64,000 nucleotides of DNA from Podarcis erhardii (taxonomy: Eukaryota). The stretch lies in NCBI GenBank assembly GCA_964252035.1, contig OZ176201.1; one strand, given 5' to 3'. This document shows, piece by piece, positions 39,101 through 51,886 of the stretch. The first letter of the stretch is position 1, and every line of letters starts with the position of its first letter. The notes beneath the pieces are model-generated. The model did not search any database. It saw nothing but the letters and a program-made list of their open reading frames with translations, and was not told where the DNA came from. Both the position numbers and the translations under genes were made by a program.

Positions 39101-42100
39101 CCTTCTTAGCCCACACAATATATTTTGCGTCTCATCCTGGGTCCCCAGTGCCCCTTTCCCCAGTTAATCCACCCAATGTGAAATGTTGTAAGACGTTATG
39201 GGCTCTTCTCTCTCTCCCCCCCCCCCTTTCTCTCATGGCAGGGCCCTGACTCTTCTCTGCTCCTTGGTGACCCTCCAAACCCCGAGCCCACTTCACAACC
39301 TCCTATGCCACCCCCAGCCTCTGAGGAACAGGAAGAGGAGGAGAGGCTCAGTGCCTTAGAAAAGAGTATGTAAGTGATTTCTCTTGTGCACCAACTTCCA
39401 GGCAGCAGTGGGAAGGGCAGGGGGAGGAGCAGCCTGTGCTGGGGAGAGCAGATGCACAGACCTGGTGGGTACCAAAACCCACCCACAAACGCAGGCACAA
39501 GTTTAGTGGATTCAGGGCCTGGGTGCCAACTATGTTGAACACATGCCCCATAAAAGGTAGGCAGCTGTGTGCCTCATTTTTTCACTGCACACATTCTGTC
39601 TTTGTGGAGTGGCCCCTGGCTGTCTGCATATTCATGCCTACAAATGTATTGAGCATGATGGGGGAACCATGGCCGCGTAATGTTGTCCTGGTGGTATGCC
39701 TGCTGCCTCTGTAACGTTGAGCAGCTTGCTGGCAGGGGCCTTCCTGTGGGTCATGCATGGGCCTGTGTTGAGGCGGCTGGCAGCGTGCCTGTGGCATTGA
39801 AAAGGGAGATTGGAGGGGGAAATAGAGGGGAAGGGGGTCACACAGTGAGGTTCCTTCCCCTTAGACATTGCTACTTCCTCTCCCCTGCAGGTTTGTTCTC
39901 AGGGAGTTGATTGAGACTGAGAAGATGTACGTGGAGGACCTGGGCCAGATTGTGGAGGTGCCAACATCCACTCCATTTTAGGCACTGATTCCCCTCTGTC
40001 CACCAACGGGGCCGTCTCCAGATTTTTGTGGGACCTTGGGCAAGAACCTGCTTGTCTTCCAGTGAGAGAGCACACTGCTTGCTGCTCACCTCTGTGTCTC
40101 TTGATCCGACCCCCCTGTTGTTGTCCTGGGAACCTAGGAAGGAAAGGTGGATAAAGGATCAGGCTCAGTCCCAAGAGCCACAGTGGGCTTCCCATATACC
40201 CAAGGCCCCTAGGCTGCTGGCTCTTGCTACACCCTACCAGTCTGTTCCATAGGCTGGTATTTTAGTAGTTTTATGCCCCACCCTTTCTGAAAGAAATAAG
40301 AGTGTTTCCACCCCTGCCCACACAGTGTTCCTTCTGGTATCCAAAACCACTGCCTTCTGTGAGCAGAAATCTCCCCGCTTTTCACACTTCTGCCCGAATG
40401 ACTTTTGCCTGGCAGCAACATTGACCACAGACAATGTTAAGCAGGGTTAAATCTGAAAAAAGTGCCAGTATTTGGACCCCAGTAAGGATCTCAGGCTTCT
40501 TGTTCTTCCTTTTTTGTTTTAAAAACAAGGGAAGATCAGTGTGGCATTTAACTAAGTTTTCTTCAGTGTATACTAAGGGGACCTAACTAAGGGCTTATCC
40601 ACACTCAAGTTTGTCCCATGATTTCTAGTCACAAATTGTAGAAATTATTTCCATAACTTGATTTTACATGGATAAATAGTCCCCCTTATTTGAGCTGAAC
40701 TTGCTGTCAATCAATAACAATGATGAAAGATAAAATATTATTATTGAAAGATGTTCCAGTAGCACCTTAAAGACCAACTAAGTATAAGCTTTCTAGGTAT
40801 GAGCTTTCGTGTGTATACACACTTCTTCAGAAACTCTGAAGCAGACATCTCTTCCACCTTCTAACTGTTGATGACTGTTAATGATGGCAGTTGGTTCCAC
40901 AGGGAAGGGCAAGGGATTTTTAAAGGGATAAATGACCAAAATTAGCTTTAGCATGTATAATGGGACATGAATCCCATATCTCTACTCAGCAGGTCTTTCC
41001 ATAGTTTTTAGTTTGGTAATGAGTTGTAATTCAGCAACTTCTCTTTCAAGTGTATGTCTAAAATTCTTTTGCAATAAGACAGCTACTTTGAGATCTTGTC
41101 TAGAATGTCCTGGGAGACTGAAGTGTTATCCTATTGGTTTCTCTGTTTTATGATTCCTGGTGTCAGAAAAATCAGAAAAACAAAAAAGTTCTAATCTTTA
41201 CAATCTGACACCAGGAATCATAAAACAGAGAAGTTTGACTCATTATGTGTAGCTAAACACACAAGAGGAAGCTATCAGCAGGTTGGAAGAACTGCAGGGT
41301 TTGCAAGAAGTTCAAAAAATATTCAGGGAGAAGAAATTTAGAGAGGGGGTTGTCAAAAAAAAAAAAAAGATGAATGAGGACTGGACATGCTCTTTGGGCA
41401 TTGAATATTGACTGGCTGACAGTTGGGGTAAGACGACAAACTGATGGGGAAACGGGAATGGAATATCCCTAAAAGTGGCCTGGCCGGCTGGCACCCTAAA
41501 CATCCCATTGCACATCCCACTTGTGAATTCAAATACTGAACTAGCTCTTTCATTGCTTCGGCTAACTAAACTAGTCAGCTTTCTGTTCTGACTTCAAGAT
41601 CTCTTTCCTAGGTGGCTTCAATCAATTTAGACCTCATTTCTGTATGGGTTTTAGGTTCTTCATAATTTTTCAGCTCCTTAAATTGCATTTTCGTTTGTTG
41701 CTGAGTTTCTTTCAGAACTTTCCAAAATTGCTTTGGATTTCACTATCCTTAACAATTTTCCACCTAGGCTGCTTAACTCTTTATTACCCCCAGTGCCACA
41801 GAAGTTTAGAACAAGACAGGAGCTCTGGTTCTTATACGGATCTTTTGGGCGCTCCTCTGTTTCCATCACTCCATTGTGACAACTGTTCCTACATCTATTC
41901 CTGGTGATTGATTGCCTTTTAATCAGTTACCAACCCATAGAAGGGTCCATCCATCTTGACTGCTAAATATCCTTAAAAGCCTTTGGTGAAAGTATTTGCC
42001 CAGTCTCTTTCTGAAAAGCCAAAGATACAAATCTCCACTGGCCTACCTGTATATACAGAGAATGAGAGAGATGTTTGCTGATGATTTCATAGAATTCCAC

Positions 42101-45100
42101 AAGATTGGTAAGGCAAAACTTCCCTTTGCAAAAGCCCTGTTTATACTTCATTTCCTAAATTTTTATTTACTCATTCGTTTTAAAAACTGGATGAGGAGAG
42201 AAGCAGGGAAATCTCTCCAAGTAAGAGTGTGAGACTCCTTAATGTGCTTTTGGGGTGGGATGGGAAGGGGAGGTTGTCCTCAGTCCAGGCTTATGATCAG
42301 TTGGGGATCTGGGGTCCAAGGGCAGGAGCCTAGTGTTCTGGAGGAGGCTGTGAATGCTCTGAGGATTAAAGGTGGGGGGTGACTTCCTTAGTAAGCATTG
42401 GTCTTATGTTCACAATGTTGTGTGAACAGGGTTCCTCTAATGCAACAGAACCCCCTCTTCTCTTCCCACATGCCTCCAAAATCTGCTTCGGAAGGCCCTC
42501 CAACCCTCTGGAGCAGATTTTGAAGGGGCTGCAGGGAAAAGGAGGGGGAAGTTGCATTGCCCAAGTGGAAGTCTTGTTATGCAAGCAGAAAGGTACCATT
42601 AGAGACACCCTCTGTATTTAACTGTTCTAGCCTTAGTCGAATCCCTGCGACGGGGTGAGCTCCCATTGTTCGGTCCCAGCTCCTGCCCACCTAGCAGTTC
42701 AAAAGCATGTCAAAGTGCAAGTAGATAAATAGGTACCGCTCCGGTGGGAAGGTAAACGGCGTTTCCGTGCGCTGCTCTGGTTCGCCAGAAGCGGCTTAGT
42801 CATGCTGGCCACATGACCCGGAAGCTGTACGCCGGCTCCCTCAGCCAATAAAGCGAAATGAGCGCTGCAACCCCAGAGTCAGCCATGACTGGACTTAACG
42901 GCCAGGGGTACCTTTAGCCTTAATAACGCTTTCCAGCAGTGTACCTGGGACAGGGCTGCCATTTCCTGCATCTTCCCTTCCTCCCTAGTTCCTTTTTAAA
43001 AGACTAGAAAGATATTGACAGCCTTCCAAGTCCTCTCTGTAAGGAGGCTAATATAATAGTTCAGCAGTTCTTCATCTGTTCTTTAAGAACTATTGGATGA
43101 ATGCCACCTGGCCGGAAAACCTTGTTCCTTCTTAATGTTTTCACTTGGTTCTAAGACAGACTGATTCAGCCTTGATAACCCTTCCAGCATGTTTTGAAGA
43201 CTGAAGCAAACAATTCCTTCTGTTTCTCTGCAATTTCTCTGTCTTCCGAAAAGGTCTTGTTTTGCTTCCTTGCCATATAAAGGTCCCCTGCCTCTTTCTG
43301 GTTTTCTGCTTCTGACACCTTTAAAGAAATAATGTATTGATATCTTCAGCAGTTTGTGCTTGAAGTTCCTTTTTGTCTCATGCCACATTGTACATCTATG
43401 TCTTGGTTTGCTCATTTGTGCTCCTCCTTCATCTGGGCAACTGTTCCTCCTTTAATGAAAATAGTTTTGCCTTTTATAGTCTCTTTGGCTCTGCTGTTTG
43501 ACTGTGTTGGATTACTGTTGAGCTTGTTTGTGCTTTTTTGCTCATCCGTGGTACATATTTTATTTGAGCCTTTATTGTTACATATTTAATATGACTTGCT
43601 ATGTCAACCTTCTTTTTCCATTTTGAGCAGGCCTGTTACTCAAAATCAGGCCACCAGCCATTTCAACCATTTCTGCCACCTAGTTAAGGTCCTGGTTAAG
43701 CTATCTCAAATTATGCAAAAACTCAAGATCCCCCCCCCCCAGCCTGTAACCAAAAACATAGTGGTGCTAAGACCGGAGGGGAGGGGGGAGGAACTAATGC
43801 CAGTCAATGCAAAATGGGGAGAATAACTACTGCACTCTAGTACATTGATTTAGATTAAAATAATTTGTTGCAAGCTCATTCTAATTCAATTGCCAAAATA
43901 AATGCAACGTGCCAACCACAGTGTCCACGAGACAGAAAAATTAGTGCCCTGTGCTCACCAATTTGTTCTCAAGCTAGGAAAATCAGGGTCCAACTTGCCA
44001 GCCTAGGAAATAAATGCAGCCACGGTCAACTGGAGCAAAATTACTGCTTTAACTGAAAAGTGAAGAAATACTGGCTGCCCATTGGTCAGTACAAGGAGAT
44101 GCGGGGAAGGTAGCAGGACAGCACTGCTTCCCTGGCTTGTCAATCATCCCAGCACTTTTTTTCTTTCTAGAGTTGGCCAAAATACTGGAAGGCAGGAGCA
44201 GATTTGCCTTTTACTCACCATGTTGGTAGAATTCTGCCTCCACTCTTTCCCCTATATCTCCATAAATAAAAGGGCTGGAGACTTTTTTTAAAAAAAGAGG
44301 GGGAAGATGCTGAAAATTCAGGGAAGAGCCCTTGGGTAGGGCTCATCCACACAGGAGTGTAATGTGGCTAAGGACCTGAGATACTGGGGTTCAGAACAAA
44401 TAATGCAAATTGAGCAACTTTAAATTGGATTTCCCTAATACTGTACATCTTGGGTGCCGATTTGGGATTTAATTGCATCTAATGCAATGGCCCTCTTTTC
44501 AGCTCTGCAAGGCAGTGGTTTTTCAAGTGCTGAACTTTTTTGTGGTCAAACACCTGACGGGGTTACAGAAGAGTTGGGAGGGTGTGTTCTAGGCTAGGCT
44601 CTCTGTGCAGGGTGCTGCTCCATCACTCTTCCTTGTGGACTGGATGCACCAAAAGTCTTCTGTAGCTGTTCAGGTCAGGTGGGAAATCTGGTTAATGGCA
44701 AGCTGTCTGTTGGGGAAGCTTGCCTGCCATTTCTGTGGTGCTCCTTGAGGAATCCCTGATCAGCTTCTGAAGAATGCCAGGGTTCCCCTGAGCACAGTTG
44801 GAAAGCCATTGCCAAGGGTGATGTGGCTGCTTCCTCAGCGCTTCACACCAGGGTCCTGTCCATCTTCTGCACTCTTCTGGGCACTAACGTAGCCCAGACA
44901 CATTCCCCTTCATGCCACCACCCTAGCTCTGCCTCCCTGGCCTTAAAGAGGAGGCAGGCAGCCTTCTCTAGCCTGCTCTTCTGACTTCTGCAGGGCTATA
45001 TGGCGACCATGAGTGCCCGTGGTATCCCAGAGGACATGAAGGGCAAGGACAAGATAATCTTTGGGAACATCCACCAGATCTATGACTGGCACAAAGAGTA

Positions 45101-48100
45101 AGTAAGCACCCATTCCTGGGTGCAAGTCATGCATTGGCTGTGGAAATCTCACAATGGAGCCAGAATGGGATGTGGCAAGAGATGCCTTTTGTTGATGGCT
45201 GGTAGTGACTCCTCTTGGATTACCTTGCCCAGGTGCTTGTGGCCAGTGTGGAACAGACAAGATGAGGGGGAGCAGCAGTGGTCCACCATCATTGGGAATT
45301 GGTGGAAGAGGAGGGATGGTTGGGAAGCAAGATAACTTGTCCTGCAGATCTCACACTCTTTCTGTTCCCTCTTATCCCTGATCCCAGTTATTTACTCAAG
45401 CAGCTGGAGAAGTGTCTGGAGGACCCTGATCTTCTGGCTGAACTGTTCATAAAGCACGTGAGTCCCTGGCTTTGCTAAATAAGAACAGAAGAGCTGCCGA
45501 GCTGAGCCACAATGGGTGGTGGATAGATGGACAGGGCTCCATCATATTCTAGGCATAGGAGGTGACAGTGGTATCAAACCTCTGTTGTTCATCACATATG
45601 CATGTTGCCTTTGAACACAGGGGCTTTTCATTCGGCTAGAAGCACTGTAAGCTGTTTGCAGACTTCTGTCTTTACCTCTAGAATTGTTTGTGATACAAAC
45701 CCAGATTCGAAATGAAATGATAACTTGATAGCTACAAAATAATGGAGGGGAAGTTTGTTGTGAAGGGAAAAGCTGCTTACCTTTTTGTTAATTAGGTGAT
45801 TGCTAATTGGTCCAAAACAAGTCAACAAAATTGTGCAGTTTACTAGGCTGGAGCATAATAAGGTCAAGGCTGTTTGACTCTGACTGAAAAATTCTAGTTA
45901 CAGATAGGTAGCCGTGTTGGTCTGCCATAGTCAAAACAAAACAAATTCCTTCCAGTAGCACCTTAAAGACCAACTAAGTCAGTTCTTGGTATGAGCTTTC
46001 GTGTGCATGCACACTTCTTCAGTGTATCTGAAGAAGTGTGCATGCACACGAAAGCTCATACCAAGAACTGACTTAGTTGGTCTTTAAGGTGCTACTGGAA
46101 GGAATTTGTTTTGTTTTGAAAAATTCTATACTTTTTTTCTTGAATGAGCTAGAGAAGAAGGATGCACACTGGCTTTTTAAAAAAAGTTTTAAAATAACAT
46201 CATCATCAACAATCCTGACATGGAGGAGCATTATTGTGTGAGAAGAGATAGCCTTGTACTGTTATTATTTGTAAAGTGCTACATGGTGAATAATTTCAAA
46301 TTCCAGGAGGCCCCCCTAACCATTCCCTCCTTGATTTTATATTGTGTTTATTATTGCTTTGCCTAGAAATGAGATGCTCCCATTGCCATCTCCTGCATTT
46401 TCCTAGATCCTCTGGCTCTATTTTGTCAAACTTGGATGAAGTGGACTCTAGCCTATGAAAGTTTATTATGCCATATTTGTTAGTCTGTTAAGGTGCCCTA
46501 AGAGTCTTCATTGGTTCTGAGGCAACAGATTTAACAGGGCTGCCTCCGCTGGAAATTATTCATATGTAAGAATAAATATTGCTGTTGGAAGGTTGCTTTA
46601 AAAAAACCAACCTATTTAAGAGATGACTTCACACATCTAACAAAATAGACTCTAGCCATGGAAAGCTTTTCCCAAAATAAATTTGCAGTACTATCCTTAC
46701 AGCAGAATCCTTCAACACAGTGTGTTCCTTGGAGCTGACTGCCCTAGTAAGTATTCTTAGGATGGCAGCCTTGGTAGCCTTTAAGATACTGCTGGGCTCT
46801 GCATTAATTCTTGTAAATAAGTCATAGTCATGCATATCCAGATAAGTAGATATGAAGTGTGCCTATTTTCTACTTGGAGTACCTGTATCCTGTGGTAAGA
46901 TGAAGCACTCATCAGAGCGACTGACTCGTTTAAAGTGATCATTACCAGTGTTGCTGAGCAGGGTTTTGAACCTGCCTCTTTGACATACCCTCCCCAGAGT
47001 CAAGTCGCTGTGCCGGCAAGACTATGTACTTTAGATTTTGCCCCAAGTATTCTGCTGAATTGTTCCCCTGTTGTTTTTCAGGAGCGCCGTTTGCACATGT
47101 ACGTTGTTTACTGTCAGAACAAACCCAAATCTGAGCATATTGTGTCCGAGTTCATTGACAACTACTTTGAGGTAAGGGGCCATGTGATTTGCTGCAGCTT
47201 TGTTTTCTCTGCTTGCTTTGTCCTTGACATGCAATACCTTCAGAGTGCGTTTGAAGCACATTCTTACCCTTCAAAGAATTCTGGGAACTGTAATTTATCC
47301 CTCACAGTGTTGTAGTTCCTGGCAAACCACAGCACCCAGAATTCTTTGAAGGGGGAAATGTGCTTTGAACATTCTTTGAAGGTATAGTCTCTCTCCTGCT
47401 AGAATCTGCCTGCCTCCTTCTTTTCTTCGCTGCCCCCTGCCCCACCCAGGGCTCGTTCATTCCAAGCTGTACTCTGAACACGAGTAAAGATTCAAAATTG
47501 CCTTTTCTCTATTGGATTATTGGGCCAATATTGGCTCCACTTTTTGGCAGCAGGTGTCTCTCAAAGGGTCAGATAGAGGTCTTTCTAAGTCTTGCTACTT
47601 GAGATCATTTATATTATTATTATTATTATATTACATTCATATACCAGCCAGGGATCAAACCGTCAGCGTACAAGCAGTTGCGTAGGAGTTGTGCAGTGGT
47701 GCAGTGGGTGGGGACCACCCTGGGTGTCATCACTGAGGGGGGTGACAAAATGGCAAAAATATGTGTTTTTGGAAAAATACCTTTAAAGCACATTTCGTCC
47801 CCTAAAAGAATTATGGGCACTGCAGTTTACCCCTTTCAGAGTTACAATTCCCAGAAAACCTTATCAAACTGCAGTGCCCAGAATCCTTTGAAGGTGTGTG
47901 TGTGGCTTTAAATATACTTTAAAGTTACAGTATGTACACAGCCTAGTGAGACTTCTGACGCATGGGATAAGGGGAAGGGATCTGAGGTCTCCCTGGGAAG
48001 ATGAGTGGGATGCTTTGGGGGAAATAGGAAGATTTGGAGGTGTCCTGTTGGAGTGGGCAGGCATTTAATAGGCAGGATGATTGATCTCCCACACAGATCC

Positions 48101-51100
48101 ACAGGGTCCGATCTGCTTTGTTCTCTCCTTTCCAGGAACTGAAGCAGGAACTGGGGCACCGCTTGCAGCTCAATGACTTGCTCATCAAACCCGTACAGCG
48201 GATCATGAAATACCAGCTGCTGCTCAAGGTGCTAACGTGGGAGGTGGAGTGTTGCTTTCCAAATCTAAGGCAAATGTGTGTGTGTGTGTGTGTGTGTAGG
48301 GGGTGAGACCAACAAGTTCCTGACCTGTAGCTAAGGAGAGACAGCAGCCAATATGTCTTCTGCTGGGTATGATATCTATAGCAGTCTTTGGCAGTGTGGA
48401 CAAGTGCAGAACAGTGGTCTGTTTAATAATAATACCTTTATTGTCAATGTACAACCTGTGTACCATGAAATTAACCAAGCCTCCCTCCCCCCCCAAACAC
48501 TCAATCTCATGGCACTTTGTGTGCTTGTCGCACAGCACACCAACCCCGAAAGACAGTTGCACTATATTATTTTCTGTTTTAAGCGAGAGACCCTGTAGCC
48601 TCGTGTCACCTGCAGGACAGCAAACCATCCCAGTGTCACAAAAGGAGTCGCTGGGGTCTCTGTTGGCTGCCTAGCGCCACCTGATGGGTAATGGTTGTAT
48701 TTGCCTTCAGAGCTGGAACCAGGGTTAGGGCAGCTTCCAGTTTACATGGTAGCTGTCATATGGAGGCACTTGGTGGCTACAGTTCCTTGCAGAGTCCCAC
48801 TTGCTCCCCATTTCCCCAAGCAATGAAAGGTTTGAAAGATAGCACTGCCGGGTTTAGTTCCCTTTGGAAGAAGAGAGCTCTTGAGGCTTAAGGTTGTATC
48901 CAAAGTTGCCCACGCACAAGTGGAACAGACTCCTGCTTGCTTCACCTTCTGCTCCTTCCATGCGTCCCCCACACCCCCAAATATGTTCTGGAAGATTGGG
49001 GGACAGATTTAGGGGACATTGGGGGGCTGTAGTAGGGGGAGGAGGGTAAGGTGAAGTCCTGATGTGCAAGCAGAAGTCAGCTTATGCATAATAGCAGCTT
49101 TATTTACAAATATGCAAGGAGGGCATCAGTGAAGGCAGGTGTATTCCTATAAGCAGACAGCACAGTCTGAATCATTTGTTTCATAAGAACATAAAAGCCT
49201 GAAGCTGCTTCAAGCCAGTGGCCTATCTAGTCCAGCATCCTCTTCTCACAGTGGCCAACCAGAGGCCTGTGGGAAACCTGCAAGCAGGATCCAAGCACAA
49301 GAGCAAGACTCTCCCCTCCTGTGGTTTCCAGCAACTGGCAGTCAGAAGCATTGCTGTCTCCAACTGTAGGGACAAAGCAAAGCCATCATGGCTGATAGCC
49401 ATCTCAGTTGGGGACCAGCACTGCCTCGGGGGGGGGGGGGAGCAGGGGCCACTTGGAGTTGGTTGCATGGCTTGGCTCCGGTGAAATCCCACTCCTACCA
49501 CTAAAGAATGCACTGGTTCATTTCCTCTTTTCCCTCCCAGGATTTCCTGAAATACTATGGCAAAGCTGGCAAGGACACAGAACAGCTGGAGGTAGGACCC
49601 GGAGGCACTTGCAGCTGTTGCTCCCCAGTCCCACCCTTATGTGTGGACTGGATGTTATTACGCTGCTGCTTTCTTTCTTTCTTTTTCATATATTAATTTT
49701 TATTGAACTTTACAAGAAAAGAAAAGAAAACAAAAAACAATACATAACACTGTAAACACATTTATATACATGTTTTCCAAATTGCAAACTAAAAAAAAAA
49801 ACTTTTCATAGCCAATATTGCCAAATTCATGCTTCAAACATTACAATATATAAATCTTAGTTAAAATATTATAAAAGACTTCCACCACATTCACCGCAAG
49901 TCTCTTAGTTATCTTGCTCGCCTTTACATCTGTTCTTCAATCATTTCCCTTCCTTAGATTCTTTCATATTCAGTCAAATCTTTATGTTCTCTATATTCTT
50001 CACAAGGTTAGTCTGGGCACAACCAAACTTTCATATTTGAGCCCTGCTTGTATAAATAGTTGTTTAAGCATCCGCATTGTTTCTGAATTATAATTTTTGA
50101 TTTATGTCTTATTAAATCCATCAGTTTTGCTAATTCCAGGTACTCACATAGTTTACTTAACCATTCCCCTTTTGTTGGGATATAATTTCCTTTCCAGTGA
50201 CTGGCTGCCAACGTTCTCGCTGCTGTTCTTGCATACAGAAAGATGTTAATTTTGTCTTTGGGGATATCCTTACTCAAGATTCCTAATAAATATGCTTCTG
50301 CCTTTTTGATATATGATACTTTTATCAATTTTTTAATCTCTTCATGAATCATCTCCCAAATTTTTTTGATCTCTGGACATGTCCACCACATATGGTATAG
50401 AGTGCCTTTCATTCTATTACATCTCCAACATTTATTACTATTCGATCTATTTATTTTTGCTAGTCTGTCTGGTGCCATATACCATCTGTGGTGCATCTTC
50501 ATATAATTCTCTCTTAATGAACAGCAGGCTGTAAAATTTATATATTTTTTCCAAAACCTTTTCCAGTTTTCATAATCAATTGTATATCCTAAATCCCGTT
50601 CCCACTTTAGCATATTCTCTCCTTTGACTTTCAAATCAGGATCTGCAGAACTGTCCCACGAGGGTTACCACATGGTATGGGCATATTTTCATTCTGGATA
50701 TGCCTTGAGAGAGGGAGCGGAGGCTTCATTATGTTCCCGAGACTGCACTCATAGCTCACAGGGGTCTTGAATCCATATCTTATAATAGTGTCTGCATGGA
50801 ACTATGGCCCGTCAGTCTAAACGGGGCAGGTTGTCCAGTGTTGTTTCACATGTCCTGCATCTCCTGGGTTTAATGACACTGGCGCTGCTTGCCATGGGTG
50901 CACAGCCAGCCAGTCACCGGGCTATTCTGGTCCACCGCTTTCACCCGACTGCTTTCCTTTGCCTTTCAGAGAGCTGTGGAGGTGATGTGTTTTGTTCCTA
51001 AGCGCTGCAATGACATGATGAATGTGGGGCGTCTTCAGGGCTTTGAGGTAGGCCCTGGAAATCAATGGCTGGCTTGGAGATTCTACAGATCCTGGGGGAG

Positions 51101-51837
51101 CTAGGCTCTTAGCCCTGATTTTCCAATCAACTCTACTGCAGATGGCACCTTAATTTTTAGCAGTGGGGACTGTTCAAGGAAGAGAACCTTATAATTCCTC
51201 TTCAACCAGGCCTGGGGCTGATTCTATGGCCTTTTAAATGTGTCTGTGGGAGAGGGGGTTATTGATTTATTTTTGTTTTAACTACCGTATTTTTCGCCCT
51301 ATAGGACGCACCGTCCCATAAGGCGCACCTAGTTTTTGGGGGGGAAATAAGGGGGGGGAATTATTTCCCCCCCCAGGCACGGGGCTGGTGTGGGGGAAGC
51401 CCGAGCTTCCACCGACCCCAGCCCCCAAACAGGCAGCTCTCTGCAAGCCGTGGGAGCCCAGCGCCGGCTCCCGCTGCTTGCGGAGAGGTCCGCGAAGCCT
51501 GGATGCGCTGAGCTCAGTGCGCGCAGGCTTCAGCATGCAGGCAACTCTCCGCAAGCAGCGGGAGCCCAGAGGAGAGGTCCGCGAAGCCTGGAGAGCGAGA
51601 GGGGTCAGTGCGCTCCAACCCCTCTCGCTCTCCAAGTTTCAGCGAAAGCCTGCATTCGCCCCATAGGATGCACACACATTTCCCCTCCATTTTTGGAGGG
51701 GGAAAAGTGCGTCCTATAGGGTGAAAAATACGGTATTTATTTTGTGTTTCTATCCTGTATTTTAATCTTGTGAACTGCCCTGAGATCTTCAGATAAAAGG
51801 CAATATAATAATAGTAGTAGTAGTAGTAGTAGTAGTA

Positions 51838-51886
<49 letters not shown>

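Noticed and set aside
50008-50634. 208-aa ORF as a nested antisense gene
   Set aside because: It is the C-terminus of a 5'-truncated L1 ORF2 (CCHC knuckle), paralogous to 57759..59136.
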